Source: Podospora anserina
Taxonomy: Eukaryota
Direction: 5' to 3'
DNA: 64,000 bases
Assembly: GCA_017654855.1 (NCBI GenBank)
Contig: CM030332.1
Span: forward strand, 4,030,001 to 4,094,000
This document shows, piece after piece, positions 25,813 through 38,756 of the stretch (the first letter of the stretch is position 1; each line of letters starts with the position of its first letter). A program made the position numbers and the translations under genes. The notes under the pieces are model-generated. The model made no database searches and had not been told where the DNA came from. It worked only from the letters and a program-made list of their open reading frames with translations.

Positions 25813-26919
25813 TGTTGGTGGTGAGGTTGACGTTTTTTTTTTTTGTTGGAGGTGTTGGAGAAGAAGATCAAGAACTCCAAGAACGAGAACAGGACCCGGG
25901 TGTTTGTATCTCAATCGGAGTGGAGGGAGGGGGGAAAGAGACGGGAGATCTGTAAAAAAAGGTGGAGGAAATCCGACCCTCTAGGATGTTGCTTGATTAG
26001 CCGTTGTTCCTACCCAGCGACTCCGGCGATTTACGTCATCCCCTCCCCCCAAGGCCCGCTAGAAACATGCCCTGCAGCACGACTTATCAAGTTGGGTTTT
26101 TGGTGATGGAACAGGTGGGGTCTGTCTGAAAGTTGAGATGTCATCAGGAGTCTTGATGGCAGTGTTCATCTCTTGTTTTTAGAATCGAGGAATTAGGTAA
26201 TTGCCAATGGCTTCAGATGGCAGGTTTGGGCATGTGTGTTTTGATCAATGTATCCTTTTCTTCAACCGCAATCCTCTATCTCTCACAAACATCAACACAA
26301 CAAACACCCTCTCTGAACTATTTTATCAACCTTATGATGGCACATGTCTCACCCACCCACTCCAATGCAATTCTTTATAACGAAAGACAGCCTCACCAAC
26401 ACCCAGCAATGATCTCAACCATCCACACAGACAAACACATCTCACCTCCCCCACCCACCATCACAACAACGCAACACTCGGAAAACAAGACCATAGAAAG
26501 ACTCAAATGGGCTCCCATCATGATCATTCAGCATTCAACATCAAAAAAAGATGACAAACGACAAAAAAAAGATAATAAACAACCACGAGAAGAAAAAATA
26601 AAACCAGTAGGGTGAAAAGCCATTTCAAAGACAATAAAACATTTCGCTCTTCCTTTTTCCAACACAACCCACCCTAGAATTTCCGCCCAGCTTTGGGGGA
26701 AAAAACAAAAGAACCAGTCCTCTCATTTTATCAAGGCTCTGGGGTTAGAGGGTAGATATTAGTAGTACATTTGTCTTGACGAGTTCAACAACACCAATTC
26801 CCTACTCCACGCTTTGCCATGCCCAATAATTTGTCCTGGTCCTGTGAGAACATTGCTGCTTCCTTCTCGTGTGTTGAAGCTACAGCCCGAAATTTCACCT
26901 CCCCTACTTTCTCGCATTA

Positions 26920-28515
26920 TCACCTGGACGCCCTCTTTGTACTCTCCAGCTTCGCATCCGGTAGCGTTTCCAATCCTGGCTCCCCTTTCTTGGTGGTGCT
27001 TATCACGTCTTGACTTCCTCTCCTGAGAAATCCGGCCTCGTTGTGGAAGAGTAGTGTTGGCGTGTTGGCTTGAGAGCCTCCTCGCTGGCCGTGGTAGTGC
27101 ACTACCTGTGGAGGTGGCTGGCCAGCTTGTGTACCCAGCAGGTGTTGTGGGTAGGGGTCTAGGTCCTTGCTGCTCGTGCTAAAGGTTGATACTACCGGCT
27201 GGTGAAACCCGTTTGTTCCGGTTGCTGTTACTGTCGACCCGGAGCCTACGGTTGTGGCAGGCGATTGTGGAAGCTGATACTCGGTTTGAGTTGGGGTTCC
27301 CGCTTCGTTTGTGGCATTGCTGGGGCTTCCGGGGCTGGTAGTATCCAGTTGCCCTGTCAAGCTCGTCATGCCACCTTCAATATCACGGAGCAGCCGAACA
27401 TATTCCTCAGGGACAAGCCCACTCTCTTGTGTTCTCGGATCCTCGGCCACAAGCCAGCCTTGACCATGCCGATATGATACCCAGATGATCTGACCCTCCA
27501 CGAGCGGGAGCTCGTTCTCGTTCTCGCGCTCAAAATCAAAGAGAGCCACCGCTTTGCCGTGCATTTCCTCGTCGGGAGACGTGATGGTGAATTGATAGTC
27601 CCGTGAATAGCGGGATTCGTCAACGTTGTGGTATCCTGGCGAGGAGCACGTGCTCGAGTTGTCCGAATCGTAGGCTCCCTCGTCAGCGTAGCCCCTGGGC
27701 TGCTGGTTGGCGATTTGGTATGGCTCGTTTCCATTCCCGGCGTGTCCGTTGCCAGTGTGTCCCGCCTGTCCCGGTGGATAGGTCACGTATTCGCCGCCTG
27801 GGCCGTTCGCTTCGTTCCCTTGGCTGATGTAGTACCGGTCAGCTCCGTCGGCGCTGGTGCCGACGTAGAAGCCTCTATCGCCGCCATAATGGTCCTGGCT
27901 CATGAGCTGCTCACGGCCAACCCGACTCCTGCCGTAGATGCCACCCGACGAGGTCTTGTGATGCTTCCTGTGCCGAGAACTGACGACTGGGCTCTGGAGA
28001 TCCTCGTCCTCGCTCCACGGTGGGCCGTCTGCCAAATGGATAGAGGGCAGATCAGCCGGTCTGCCGTGTGAGCCCCCGCCGCCACTGCTCCAGAAGTGGC
28101 CATCCCAGCCCCGGCTGTCCCAGGCGGTTGGTGGGTCCGAGAGACGTCGCTGCTCGCTGGCGGGGGTGGTCATGCCCGAGGGCGGTCGTGATGGCTCCGG
28201 GGGCGGACCATAGTGAAGCGGGTGACCGGGCGGGTAGGCAAAGTCTCGTACGAGCGTGTAGGGCAGGCTCGAGGGGAGGAGGGGGAAGATGTGAGAGGGC
28301 GGGCGTGACCGTGAGGGTAGCGAACTCGTGGTCGAGTACTGCGACAGCCGGTTCTTGGACGCGTGCGACATTGGGCGAGGAAGTTGGCTCCTGCGAGCGG
28401 GAGGTGAGGTGATGAGTGGTGGAAGTGCGGGGTGGGCCGCGTTCGCAGTCACCGGCGACGATATGGCGGGCGGCGACGTCGCTGGAGAGTTTGCGGGCGA
28501 TAGGATCGCCGTCAT
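26920..28515 (-). CDS. NBP2: SH3-domain HOG-pathway adaptor (Nbp2-like)
   Basis: LVRDFAYPPGHPLHYG motif and SH3 domain AVALFDFERENENELPLVEGQIIWVSYRHGQGWLVA...SGLVPEEYV. First ATG at 28515. Confidence 0.8.
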   Translation of the reverse strand: MTAILSPANSPATSPPAISSPVTANAAHPALPPLITSPPARRSQLPRPMSHASKNRLSQYSTTSSLPSRSRPPSHIFPLLPSSLPYTLVRDFAYPPGHPLHYGPPPEPSRPPSGMTTPASEQRRLSDPPTAWDSRGWDGHFWSSGGGGSHGRPADLPSIHLADGPPWSEDEDLQSPVVSSRHRKHHKTSSGGIYGRSRVGREQLMSQDHYGGDRGFYVGTSADGADRYYISQGNEANGPGGEYVTYPPGQAGHTGNGHAGNGNEPYQIANQQPRGYADEGAYDSDNSSTCSSPGYHNVDESRYSRDYQFTITSPDEEMHGKAVALFDFERENENELPLVEGQIIWVSYRHGQGWLVAEDPRTQESGLVPEEYVRLLRDIEGGMTSLTGQLDTTSPGSPSNATNEAGTPTQTEYQLPQSPATTVGSGSTVTATGTNGFHQPVVSTFSTSSKDLDPYPQHLLGTQAGQPPPQVVHYHGQRGGSQANTPTLLFHNEAGFLRRGSQDVISTTKKGEPGLETLPDAKLESTKRASR

Positions 28516-30393
28516 GGTTTCCGAAGAAAGAGACGGCGGGACGGGCGTAGAAGAATTACTGATGTCGGGCGGGTGGGGTGCGGCCCTTTGCGCGCTGGCC
28601 GCTGGCTCGATTCGCTCGAAATCGAATAGCTGCGTGGGGACCCCCCAACCAGGCCTGCTCCCTACACTAAACCAGGGGTTGATAACTGGGGTCCGCGACT
28701 CGACCGAGTCTTGACCTTGCGCCTTCGAAACGCACGGTCTGTTTACTTTTTTGTCGTTGTTTAGAGCGAGGTTGTATTGTTGAGAAGAGAATGGTGTTTG
28801 ACCCTCTCTTGTGACGGGGTCCGGACGGACCCTCGTTTCTCGCGCTGGCGCTGGCGCTGGCACTGGCACTGGCGCAGAACGGGGGCGGGCGTCTTCACAG
28901 TGCAGAAAAAAAAGATCAGACGAACGAAACTCGGCGGCTCGGAGGGGTGGAGCGTTGGGGGAACCTAGAACCGGTCGTTCGCTCGAGGCTCGACTCCGGA
29001 AGGTCGGAGAAAGGGGGGGGCAATGGGTGTCTGTTCCCACGTTGAAGGGCTGTCGAGAACAGTGGTGGTAGATGAGGACGTGGAAAAGAGAGCCAAATCA
29101 ATTGGCCATTCCCAGAGCAAACGTGGTGTTTGACAGACAGTCGGAAGTCAAAGATGAGGGGAACCTCCCACTACAACCCGCGAGCGGAACACAGCGCACA
29201 CAACAGGCAGAGAAGCGGGCGGCTGGCCGGGTTGCTTAAGCGCGCTGCGGCCAGAATCAGAGACCAGGCCCCAGCAATTGCCAATCATTCTTCATTTTCT
29301 ATTCACTATCTTTCATACTGTGTACAGATAGATGGATAGCCAGCTATGTAAGATCTGTATACTGTGTATGAACCAACTGCATGTTGGTGACAGTCGGCGA
29401 GGGGAGAGAGAGGCCCGGAATGGCTGCACCTTTCATTGGCGAGCTCTGGCATCTGGACACACAAACTCAAAGGATTGTTCTGTCATTGAGAAAGCACAGT
29501 TGTCTCCTGTCTGCATTACGAGACGCATAGGTACCTAGCCGTCGTCCCAGCACAGAAATCGTTGTCTTGTCGTCCCATCTATATATAGCTTCTGTGAGTA
29601 GCATTCCCCAAGGTCCTGGGAGGAAAGTCGAAGAAACATCCAAAAAGCTCGGTTAAATATACTGAAAAGCAGACTGATGAACGGGCCACGCGTTTCCATT
29701 CGGAAGCTGGCTCGAGACAAAGAAACATGGAGGGGGCTTGAGAGAGGGGAAAGAAGCGAAGGTACCTTGGGAACAGTACTGTGTAGCAACCTAAGGGGAA
29801 ACATGTAGCGCACGGGCCACATTGTTTCAAGTCCGCATCCAGGCTGTGGGGCTCGTCATCCATCCGGCTCAAGGCGGTCAGTGGCGGCGAGACCTCGCTA
29901 GGGCCAAGACCGACTGCCGAAAACATTTCAAGGCTTCTTCCAACCGCGACTCTCCATTTCTGCATCATCAACACTGCTACCTACTCTGCCTCAACAAACA
30001 GACAGCGCCCTCATACCACTTCTCACCTCTCGTGAGGCGACAGCACCCAAATAGTAATGGGTGTTTAGCTGTGCCGGGTGCTCTCATTTCTTCAGCCTTG
30101 CTGTGTCTTTCAAAGGTAAAAATTACACGCTTCCCCTCTCCGAACATGCCCTTTGTCTTCCATGATGAACTCTTTATTGGAGCTGTCTTAGACTCGCTTT
30201 GCGGGCCATGATGATAGACTTTTTATTACGCTTTTAACTGAAATGACAAACAACACCTTGACGATCAAGTCGAAAAAATTGCATTGGCAAGACAATAAGG
30301 TAGCTAACACCTCGTGTCCAGAGTTGATTCTCAACAACCATCGATGGGAACGATCAGCAGCAGCATCAAACAAATCCGTCAGGGGTATTCAGA

Positions 30394-31244
30394 ATGGACA
30401 CCGCCAACGGTAACGCGACTACGGCTTCGGCTGCTCCCGCTGCTCCGGCCCAGCCAAACGGCCACCGGGAGGACCCAGGTGGCTTCAAACTCAAGTTTTG
30501 CACCGTATGTGCCAGTAATCAGAACAGGTAAGATACAAATGTCTGCTTTTGAAGGTGGTGCGCGGGGGAGGATTAACACAGCTCAGATCTATGGAGGGCC
30601 ATTTGCGTCTGGCGTTGGCAAACTATCCAGTGATTTCTTTCGGAACCGGCTCTCTTGTCCGGCTTCCAGGTCCTACCATCACACAGCCCAATGTCTACAA
30701 GTTCAACGAGACCTCGTACGATAGTATCTACAGAGAGCTTGAGGCCAAGGACCCCCGTTTGTATCGGGCCAACGGGCTTCTTAACATGCTCGGCCGAAAC
30801 CGCAACATCAAGTGGGGCCCGGAAAGATGGCAAGACTGGCAAGTAGGCATGCCCCGAGTCAAGAAAGAAACAGACAAAGGCTTCGAGGGCATGGAGGGAG
30901 GCGTCGCCGATATAGTCATTACCTGCGAAGAGCGCTGCTGGGATGCTGTGATCGATGATCTTCTTAACCGGGGCTCTCCACTCAACAGAGCTGTTCATGT
31001 TATCAACATTGATATCAAGGACAACCACGAAGAGGCCTCCGTTGGAGGCAAAGCCATGGTCGACCTTGCCGACTCCCTGAACCAGGTCGCGAAAGAAGAG
31101 CGCGAAAAGGTTGGCGCAGCGGCGTTTGATTCTGGCAGTGGTGCTGCCAGAGCCAGCTTTGATGAGCGTGTTCCCGAGGTGATTGGTGAGTGGCAGGAAA
31201 GATGGCCTAACCTTCCTGCGACTTGGACTTTGGCTTGGTTTTGA
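30394..31244 (+). CDS. SSU72: RNA polymerase II CTD phosphatase Ssu72
   Basis: Spliced [13 protein letters not shown] (CX5R; intron 30528-30586). Also [22 protein letters not shown] and DIKDNHEEA. Confidence 0.95.
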
Positions 31245-33045
31245 TGAGCTTCACTGCATTCATCTCTTCAACACTCATATTTCATGGTTTAGCGGGCGTT
31301 GGGCGGTTGGTATTGCTTTCGGGATATGGACTTTGGGCATTGAATCAAGCAAGCGACGGATAGCAGACATCTCATGAGGCAGGCTTATGAAGCGGCGACT
31401 CCGAGACCGCTCTTTGTTTTCTCTTTCTTTTTCTTTTCTATTTCTTTTCTTGCTGTCTTTTGACGGCGATTGACACCGCCTTGCACATGATTCTCCGCCT
31501 TTTGTTTTTTTTACCGGCGCGGCTCCGTTGGTCGGACTTTTGCCGTGACCCGGGATGCAGTGATTAAAGGACCGGATCGGCCCTGTTAGGACTCCGGACC
31601 TAAGATCGAGATGAAATGAGGCGACAGGGGATGTTCCGCCGAGTTCTCAGCCCAAGAAGACGTCGACCCGCCGAAGCGCAAAAAATGACTCGGCTTCCAG
31701 AATGTCCTGATCGGAGGCATCTTTGTTCAGATGCGCAACGAAAGGTGTGATTTATTTATCCAGCGTACGGAAGATCAAACGGATGTTCCCATGGGGGCTC
31801 ATGCGGATGGGCCCGAGAGTCAATGCATATGGAAATCAAGCTCAGAAAATCACACGCTATCCATGTGACCGTTACCGCAGAGAGAGCCGCAGCAAGGGGA
31901 CATTTCTATTTCCCTACATAGTGTACTGCGTCCACAATACCTACGATTCTCATCGGTGGACGAAGTAGGTACGAATACAAATATTGGTGTTTTCTGGGCA
32001 GGCTTGTCCCGTGGAGATCGGCTAGCCAGGGACTGGTCTGATGGTGTCTTTGTTCTGATATGGATGGTCCTTGTCTCCGTGACCTCCCTCAGCTCGTGGT
32101 GTGCTTTGTGGGTGATGTCGTGCATGCCGGCGCCTGCCGTGGCCACGTGCGATCAAGTTCATTGGCAGAGAAAGTTGAAGCCATTCTGACCAAGACTCAC
32201 AAGACTCCATCGCCGTTGAGAGAGGCCTGCGTAACCTTGGGGCCTGTGCACCTGAAGAGAACCCCCATAGCCCCCCCTGTTCTGGGCCCTCCCGCCTCCT
32301 TTCGCCAACTGTTCCTGCTGTAGCGCGCGACTAGCCATTGAGGAAATTGCAACCCCAAGTGTTCAGCAGCAGCCAACCACATCGCTGCGTACAGTTCATC
32401 CCGTCGTCAGGGGCGCCTTGACGTTCCGCCCTTTTTTCCCCATCTCACACAGACACGCGCACTGTTCTGTAATTACACTGATATCTTTGCTTTTCTATTC
32501 TTTTTTTTTCACTTCTCTTTCTGTGAAGAGATCAGTTCAGACAAGCAGACCAGGTCCCCTCCAGGTCCCCCAGCCGCAAGCAACGAGACCCAACGGCCAC
32601 CGCCGCCGTAAATTCCTGCCTGTATTTCTCTAGCGGTAACACTTCCTGAACGGCCGGTTTCTTCTCATTTGGTAATTTGGCGTAATTTTGCAGACCGCAG
32701 CAGCAACCTAGAAAGAAGAAGGCCACCCCCGAGGAGGAAGCGTCGCAGTTGGCTGGGGCGTTGATGCGTTTCATGCTGTGACAACCACCTGCCGACCACC
32801 GACCACCGACCACCGACCGTTTCCCGCTACACTTGCACCGCATTCCAATACCGACGGGACCGTTGTCTCTCTTGAATCGTTCTACCGTCCCCGTTCCCCG
32901 TTGAATGTGCACGGAACACAGTACAACGACGTCCATCTTCACCTCGGCCTCTGCCGCGAACTCCCCGTCTCTCAGTGCGCGATCTGGCCCGGCGCCTGCT
33001 TGACACGATTGACGACGCCATTCCCTCCGAGCCACCCCGAAGACC

Positions 33046-35931
33046 ATGAATGGCCTCAATGCGCCACTGTCTCCTGTCTCTGTAGGCGGTAGCGAGTGGT
33101 CTTATCCCACCAACACCGACAAAAACACATATCCAAACAACCGCGGAGACATCACCACACCACCCGACTCGGCTGGTGCTGTCAGGGCGATGAATGGGAA
33201 CTTCCCACCGGGGCCCAGGAGCGTCGGCGGTCCCTCCCCGCCTCCCTCTGTCGGCCGATCCAGTGCCGGCACCAACCTATACGCAAGGAGTGAGAGTGGC
33301 AGAAGCCAAGTCGTGAGGGATGACTTGGGCGGCCATGAGATGGTGCTCGCTGAGCACTATGTCTCACTCAAGCGATTTCTGTCAGCGACTTCGCGTGACG
33401 GCAACCCGAAGCCACCACCGAACAAAGCTCGCGACAAGCTGCAGCGCCTTACTGGGGTTCAGTTTCTCGAGCTCAGTACCGACGTCTTTGACGAGCTGAA
33501 GCGACGTGAGACAACAGCTCGTAGACCCCCCAATGCTCCTCCAGGATCCGGTCCACCTGATTATCTATTACCTGAGGACAACTTCCACCCCAAGCGAAAC
33601 CAAGCGCGCCAAAAACTTTCGTCATTGGGCCCTCCACGCTTCCGCGATCTGGCCACCGATGTCTTTTGCGAACTGGAGAGGAGGTTCCCACGCTTCGCGG
33701 CTGGGGATATCCCCCGTGTTGGCAGCCCAGTATCAGTACGCGGAGGTCCCATCAGCCGGTCGCAAACACCGGTAAGCGGAATGAATGGCGGGTTCCCTCC
33801 TCGGGGTCAGAGCCGTAGACGCCCTTCAGAAGCCAGCTCAATACGAAGCGGACGAGGGATGCCTACTCCTCTCGGCAGCGGCTTCCCTATCCCACCTTCT
33901 CCAGGCCTGCCGCCGAATGGCAATTATGGACAGCCGATTGCGAAGCAGTTCCAGAACAACACCATTGTGCCTAACAAGAGCACCATGGTGGAGGAGGACG
34001 ATGATGCCATCAGCCCCATGAGTCCCGATCCTGCCGGATCTGATGCCTATGGCATGAACAGGTCAATAGACCGTGATAGCAAACGAAGTGCTGGCGCATC
34101 CGAGGTAGGCTCATTTTCACCCGAGGTTTTCGGGAAACAAACTAATCATGGTATGCAGACGGACAAGAAACTTCTTGAGGATTATGAGCAGCAAGTTAGG
34201 GATTTGCGTGAGAAACTGGACAGCATGGAGGATGCACTTAAGAAGAAGGATGACGACCTCATGAACGCTCTAGATGGGGAACGTTCCCGAGCCACGGCTT
34301 CTAATGCTGAGAAGAGGGAATGGGATGACGCCCGCGCCGAACTGGAGAATAAGCTTGCTCAAGTGGAGGAATTGAACGAGTCGATGAAGAGGGAGCTGGA
34401 CAGGACCAGGGACGAACACGATGAGGAAATTCGCCAACTTCGAGAACAGCTTGACGAAGCTCGCGCCGGCGCCAACGCACAGTCAAACGGCATGGCTGAC
34501 GAGGAATTAAAACGCGAGAACAGGGCTCTGCGTGCGGCGTTGGAGGAGCAAGAGCAGGTGACAGAGGAGGTTCGTCGTGAGGCCCAGGGGTTCCTGATGG
34601 AGATGCGCAATATTTCCCAGCAAAGCGGTGCCTCGTGGGAAAGGCAGTCGGAACTGGAGAAGACGATCGAAATGTTGGAGAAGGAGGTCCGGGACTGGAG
34701 GAATCGCTACGCCCGCGCCAAAACTCAGCTGCGGGATCTACGTGGGTCTTCGGAGGGCATTCCAATGCAACAGGACGCTGGGAAGTTTGTGCGCGAGAAG
34801 GGCTTCACGCAAGACGATGGGCTGGTCAAGGACGTCCATGTCACCAAGTTCCAGATCGCCATTGACGAGCTGTTGCAACGGGCGCGCGTGGATGACCCGG
34901 AGCGCGTGATTGACTCTATGAAGGCAGTTGTGGTAAGCGTCCGACGGATCACTAAGGATATCGACGAGTCGGCAAAGAACAACATCGAGCTTGCGCAGCA
35001 AAACCAGAAGCTCAAGGCCCGAGTATCCCCCGCAGCCAACAATCTTATTACTGCCTCCAAGTCTTTTGCTAGCTCGGCTGGAATTGCGCCAGTGACTCTC
35101 CTCGATGCTGCTGCCTCTCACCTGGTCACGGCTGTTGTTGAGCTCCTCCGAGCTGTCAAGATTCGATCTACCCCGGATGGTGAATTGGAAGATGACGATG
35201 ACGACGGCACGGTTACTCCTGTTGAATCGGCCAGCTTCTTTTCGCCACGAAGCAATGGGCAGAGCCAGGCCTCCCGAGCTGAGGATTCTCTTCAGCGCCC
35301 ACCACCTTTCCGCGGCCTAGGCGCCGCCGGAAGCCGAGCCAGCATGGACTCGTCTGCGTACAGCCCGGTCAACTCACCTCGTGAATCCTACACCCACGGA
35401 CAGATGGCCAACGGATCCATGACAAACGGCAACGGAGGCGGCCACGGCAACCTGAACAAGGCTGTGAACGGAAACGCCAACGGCATGTACAACAACGCAC
35501 GCCAACAACGCGACACTCGGGCGGAGGACCTCAAGATCTACCTCGAAGACCAGACGGCGGTGCTCGTGCAGACGATCCAGGACCTTGTGCAGCTGATACG
35601 CAACGACGCGGACATTAGCCAGGTCACGGAGGAGATCAACACGATTGTGGATGTTGTCGGCCAGGTCGTGTCCGAGACGGAGTCGACTGGTGGCAATGGT
35701 GTCGAGCTTGTCAGGCGTCTTTCTGCCTGCCGGGAGCGGCTGATGGAGGCGGGCAAGCGCGGTTTGGATCTTGCGGCTGCGGGCAACGATAGTGCCAGTC
35801 GGGAGTGGAGGATGTGGACGCAGACGTTGCCGCCGATTGCGTTTGAGATTGCGAGGGAGACGAAGGAGCTGGTGCAGAGGGTTGATCAGTTGGTGATGGA
35901 TGATGGCGGGGATGCCGATGATTTTGCATGA
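33046..35931 (+). CDS. SPA2: Polarisome scaffold Spa2
   Basis: Two SHD-I/GIT repeats (ARDKLQRLTGVQFLELSTDVFDEL; ARQKLSSLGPPRFRDLATDVFCEL), IVPNKSTMVE, a coiled coil and C-terminal LPPIAFEIARETKEL. Probable in-frame intron ~34105-34158. Confidence 0.93.
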   Translation: MNGLNAPLSPVSVGGSEWSYPTNTDKNTYPNNRGDITTPPDSAGAVRAMNGNFPPGPRSVGGPSPPPSVGRSSAGTNLYARSESGRSQVVRDDLGGHEMVLAEHYVSLKRFLSATSRDGNPKPPPNKARDKLQRLTGVQFLELSTDVFDELKRRETTARRPPNAPPGSGPPDYLLPEDNFHPKRNQARQKLSSLGPPRFRDLATDVFCELERRFPRFAAGDIPRVGSPVSVRGGPISRSQTPVSGMNGGFPPRGQSRRRPSEASSIRSGRGMPTPLGSGFPIPPSPGLPPNGNYGQPIAKQFQNNTIVPNKSTMVEEDDDAISPMSPDPAGSDAYGMNRSIDRDSKRSAGASEVGSFSPEVFGKQTNHGMQTDKKLLEDYEQQVRDLREKLDSMEDALKKKDDDLMNALDGERSRATASNAEKREWDDARAELENKLAQVEELNESMKRELDRTRDEHDEEIRQLREQLDEARAGANAQSNGMADEELKRENRALRAALEEQEQVTEEVRREAQGFLMEMRNISQQSGASWERQSELEKTIEMLEKEVRDWRNRYARAKTQLRDLRGSSEGIPMQQDAGKFVREKGFTQDDGLVKDVHVTKFQIAIDELLQRARVDDPERVIDSMKAVVVSVRRITKDIDESAKNNIELAQQNQKLKARVSPAANNLITASKSFASSAGIAPVTLLDAAASHLVTAVVELLRAVKIRSTPDGELEDDDDDGTVTPVESASFFSPRSNGQSQASRAEDSLQRPPPFRGLGAAGSRASMDSSAYSPVNSPRESYTHGQMANGSMTNGNGGGHGNLNKAVNGNANGMYNNARQQRDTRAEDLKIYLEDQTAVLVQTIQDLVQLIRNDADISQVTEEINTIVDVVGQVVSETESTGGNGVELVRRLSACRERLMEAGKRGLDLAAAGNDSASREWRMWTQTLPPIAFEIARETKELVQRVDQLVMDDGGDADDFA

Positions 35932-37855
35932 AGGACGACAACTTGGATTATACTATTGCTCTAATGATGATGCGAGACTTGGGGGGTTTTCTGAGGAAAA
36001 GGATGGATGGATGATAGATACCTGATTCGATTCGAGACTTGGGGAGAGGAGGAAGGGGTTGAGAAACTTATTCGACATGAGCATTGCTTACGCTTCGATT
36101 TTGTTTTTCTCGAACAGAAGAACAGTTTTTGTTTATTATAGGCTTTTATAGCCTTTTTTTTTTTGCTTTGATACCCATCATAGCTGCTTGTTTTTTTTTT
36201 TCTTTGGGGAGGAGGAGGGTGTCTTTTCTTCTTCTTTGACTTTGACTGTTCAGGCTTGTTGTCTTTTTTTTTCTTCGGTTTCTTGCATCAGCCAGTTTTT
36301 ATTTTATTTTCCAGAGTTTGATGGGAGAGGGGAGGGGGAAAGTTCTGTATATAGACGGGATGGATTGGTGTGGTTGGGGGGAGAAAGAGAAAAGGGGGGT
36401 CATATGTTTTTGATGATTGAGAGGGAGAGGAAGTTTTGTATTCTTGTTGTTATCATCCGTATGGGGAGCATGGATTGATTAATGGAAGATTTTAACTGAG
36501 AAGGAGTTGTGGTGGTGGTGCGTATAAATGTTTTTCTTGCTGTTTTGCTTGCTGAGTTTTGGTTTGGTTTGGTGGTGATGGGGAGGGGGAGAGGAGAGCA
36601 CGGGAAGGGGGGGCAGTACTGTATGCCCAGCTGTATGCTAGTTGCTGGTTAGAGGGTGATTACAAGTAGGATTTATGTATGCTGGAGCGAGAAATAAAGA
36701 TGGACTACTGCTGCACCGATTCGACTGAGGGTTGTGGTGTGTGATGTGAGTGCTTGCATCTCGATGTGTATGAAGTGACGGGTTGGGATGGAGGTTGTGC
36801 AGAGGAATGGTGTCTTTGATCAAATGGGTAGAAACGCCAGGCCGATATTCAAGTCACACGTAGGTAGGTAGACATCTCGATCAGGTCAAGATGCCGAACC
36901 CAGTTTCGATATTTCATCAGACTTTTCGGGATCGCGGCAAGTAGGGCACAAGCGCTGTGCATGGGGAATGATTTCTTGTGCCGCCGCCTGGGGCTGGACG
37001 GACGGCATTGAAGAGGTGAGCCAATAGTGGGAGGGCAAGGGGGGGGGGATTTTTGACAAATCATTTAGACTGCCTGGTTTGGTCTTGGTGGTGAGGTGCC
37101 GGGGGGCTAGGCCTCTTCTGGGGGGCGGTCACAGCCTTGTCTTGATTTTGGGTCACTTCTTCTTTCTCAGATCTCAACGGCACATAGAATTTTGATGGTA
37201 TATACCTAAGGTAACTCTCAACATGTAAAAACACGAACTTGGTTTAACTATATGGTCAACACTAGGTACCCTTGGTGAGTGCAAATGATTCTCGATCGAG
37301 ATGATGCCTTTGGGTTTAGCTATCATGATGTGTTGTGGTGGTCGAGTGGTTCTCAGCCCAACTTTCAGCTTGGCGCTTCAGCCGCATCCAAGGGTTCAAC
37401 TGCAGGTCGTGATGGTGTCGACGAATCACCGTCTTTCCGAGTTCTTGGGCGCAGCGAGACAAGCAGAGACAAGTCAATGCACTGGGGTGGCACTTTGAAC
37501 AGCTTGGTATTTGAAGTCACTACCACGAACCATGCAAGCATTGCAGCACGCCCCTCCCTATCAGCGAAAAGACAAGGGTTCAGTTTTGCTCTTTTCTTGT
37601 AGAATGGAGTTGACCGCATTTCTTGATTTGGTGACTAAATATTGGTGTAGCCTTGCGCCTTTGGGCTGGTCAGCTGGGTAAGACAAGAGTAAGGTTTACG
37701 CGTGCGGGTTGTGATGTAAAAAGCCCCCGACCCGTTCGTCAGAGGCGTTTTTTTTTCTCTTTGATTCTCATCTTTTATTTTCATTAGGTTTGCAGTCTTT
37801 TAACGACGGAAAAAACCGGCAAGTGTAAAGGACAACAAACAAGCAGGCAGACAAG

Positions 37856-38756
37856 ATGTCGACCGCCCTCCGCAAACCCGGCCGCGAGCACTTCCCCATT
37901 TATCCCAAGGGGTTTATTGTCTTGAGGATCCTCCAGCTGGTGGTCGCGGTGATTGTTCTGGGGTTGGTGGCGTATAGTATTCACTTTTTGGCTTGGGATG
38001 GGAATGCGTTCATGTTGGCTGTGGTATGTTTCTTCACCCCCTCATCTTTATCTTCTATTTCCATCTTGTGTTATGTCGGGAGTGGGACTAACATCTTTGG
38101 GCAGGCCATCATGACAATCGTCACCTCCATCTACCACCTCGTCGCCTGGTTCGGCGCCCCAGAAGCCTTCAACTACTGGGCCGTCCTCGCACTGGACATC
38201 CTCCTCATTGTGATGTGGCTGGCTTCCTTCTCAGTCGTGGCGGCGCATATCGCTCCTTGGATGCAGTATTATGGTAGTTACCTCTATCTTACCTCGACAT
38301 ACGAGCAGGCTTGGTGGACTGGGTTGGCGGCTGCTAGTGGGATGGGTGGGCTTAACTTGTCAGTCTTTTTTTCTAACCCCCCGCCATGGTTTGTATGCTA
38401 ATGGAAACAGTGCCCTTCATGTTATTTCGTTGATCATCCACTCGATCAGACTCCATAGACACCGCAAGGAAGGCGGGCACTCCCAGGCGGGTGTGCCTTT
38501 TGGTCCTAAGCCTACTGTTGGAACGGTGCAAGTTCCTCAGGGGCAGCAGCAACAGCAGCAGCAGCAGCCGGTGGTGTACCAGCAGGTTCCTCAGCAGCAG
38601 TTCCAGCAGCAGTTCCAGCAGCAGCCGCCTGTTTATCAGCAACCGCAGCAGCAGGTTTATCAGCAGCAACCGGCGACTCGGGAGAAACAAGTGTGTTCTC
38701 CGCAGCCTCAGCAGCCTGTGCCGGTGCCACAGGGGCAGTTTTATCAGCAGCAGTGA
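37856..38756 (+). CDS. MARVEL-like four-TM membrane protein with Q-rich tail
   Basis: LRILQLVVAVIVLGLVAY...LALDILLIVMWLASF hydrophobic helices. Two introns (GTATGT/GACTAAC; GTCAGT/GCTAAT). Confidence 0.8.

Noticed and set aside
29620..29656. GAGGAAAGTC...AAAAGCTCGGTTA resembling RNase P conserved regions
   Set aside because: The motifs are only ~20 nt apart and cannot enclose an RNase P/MRP RNA.
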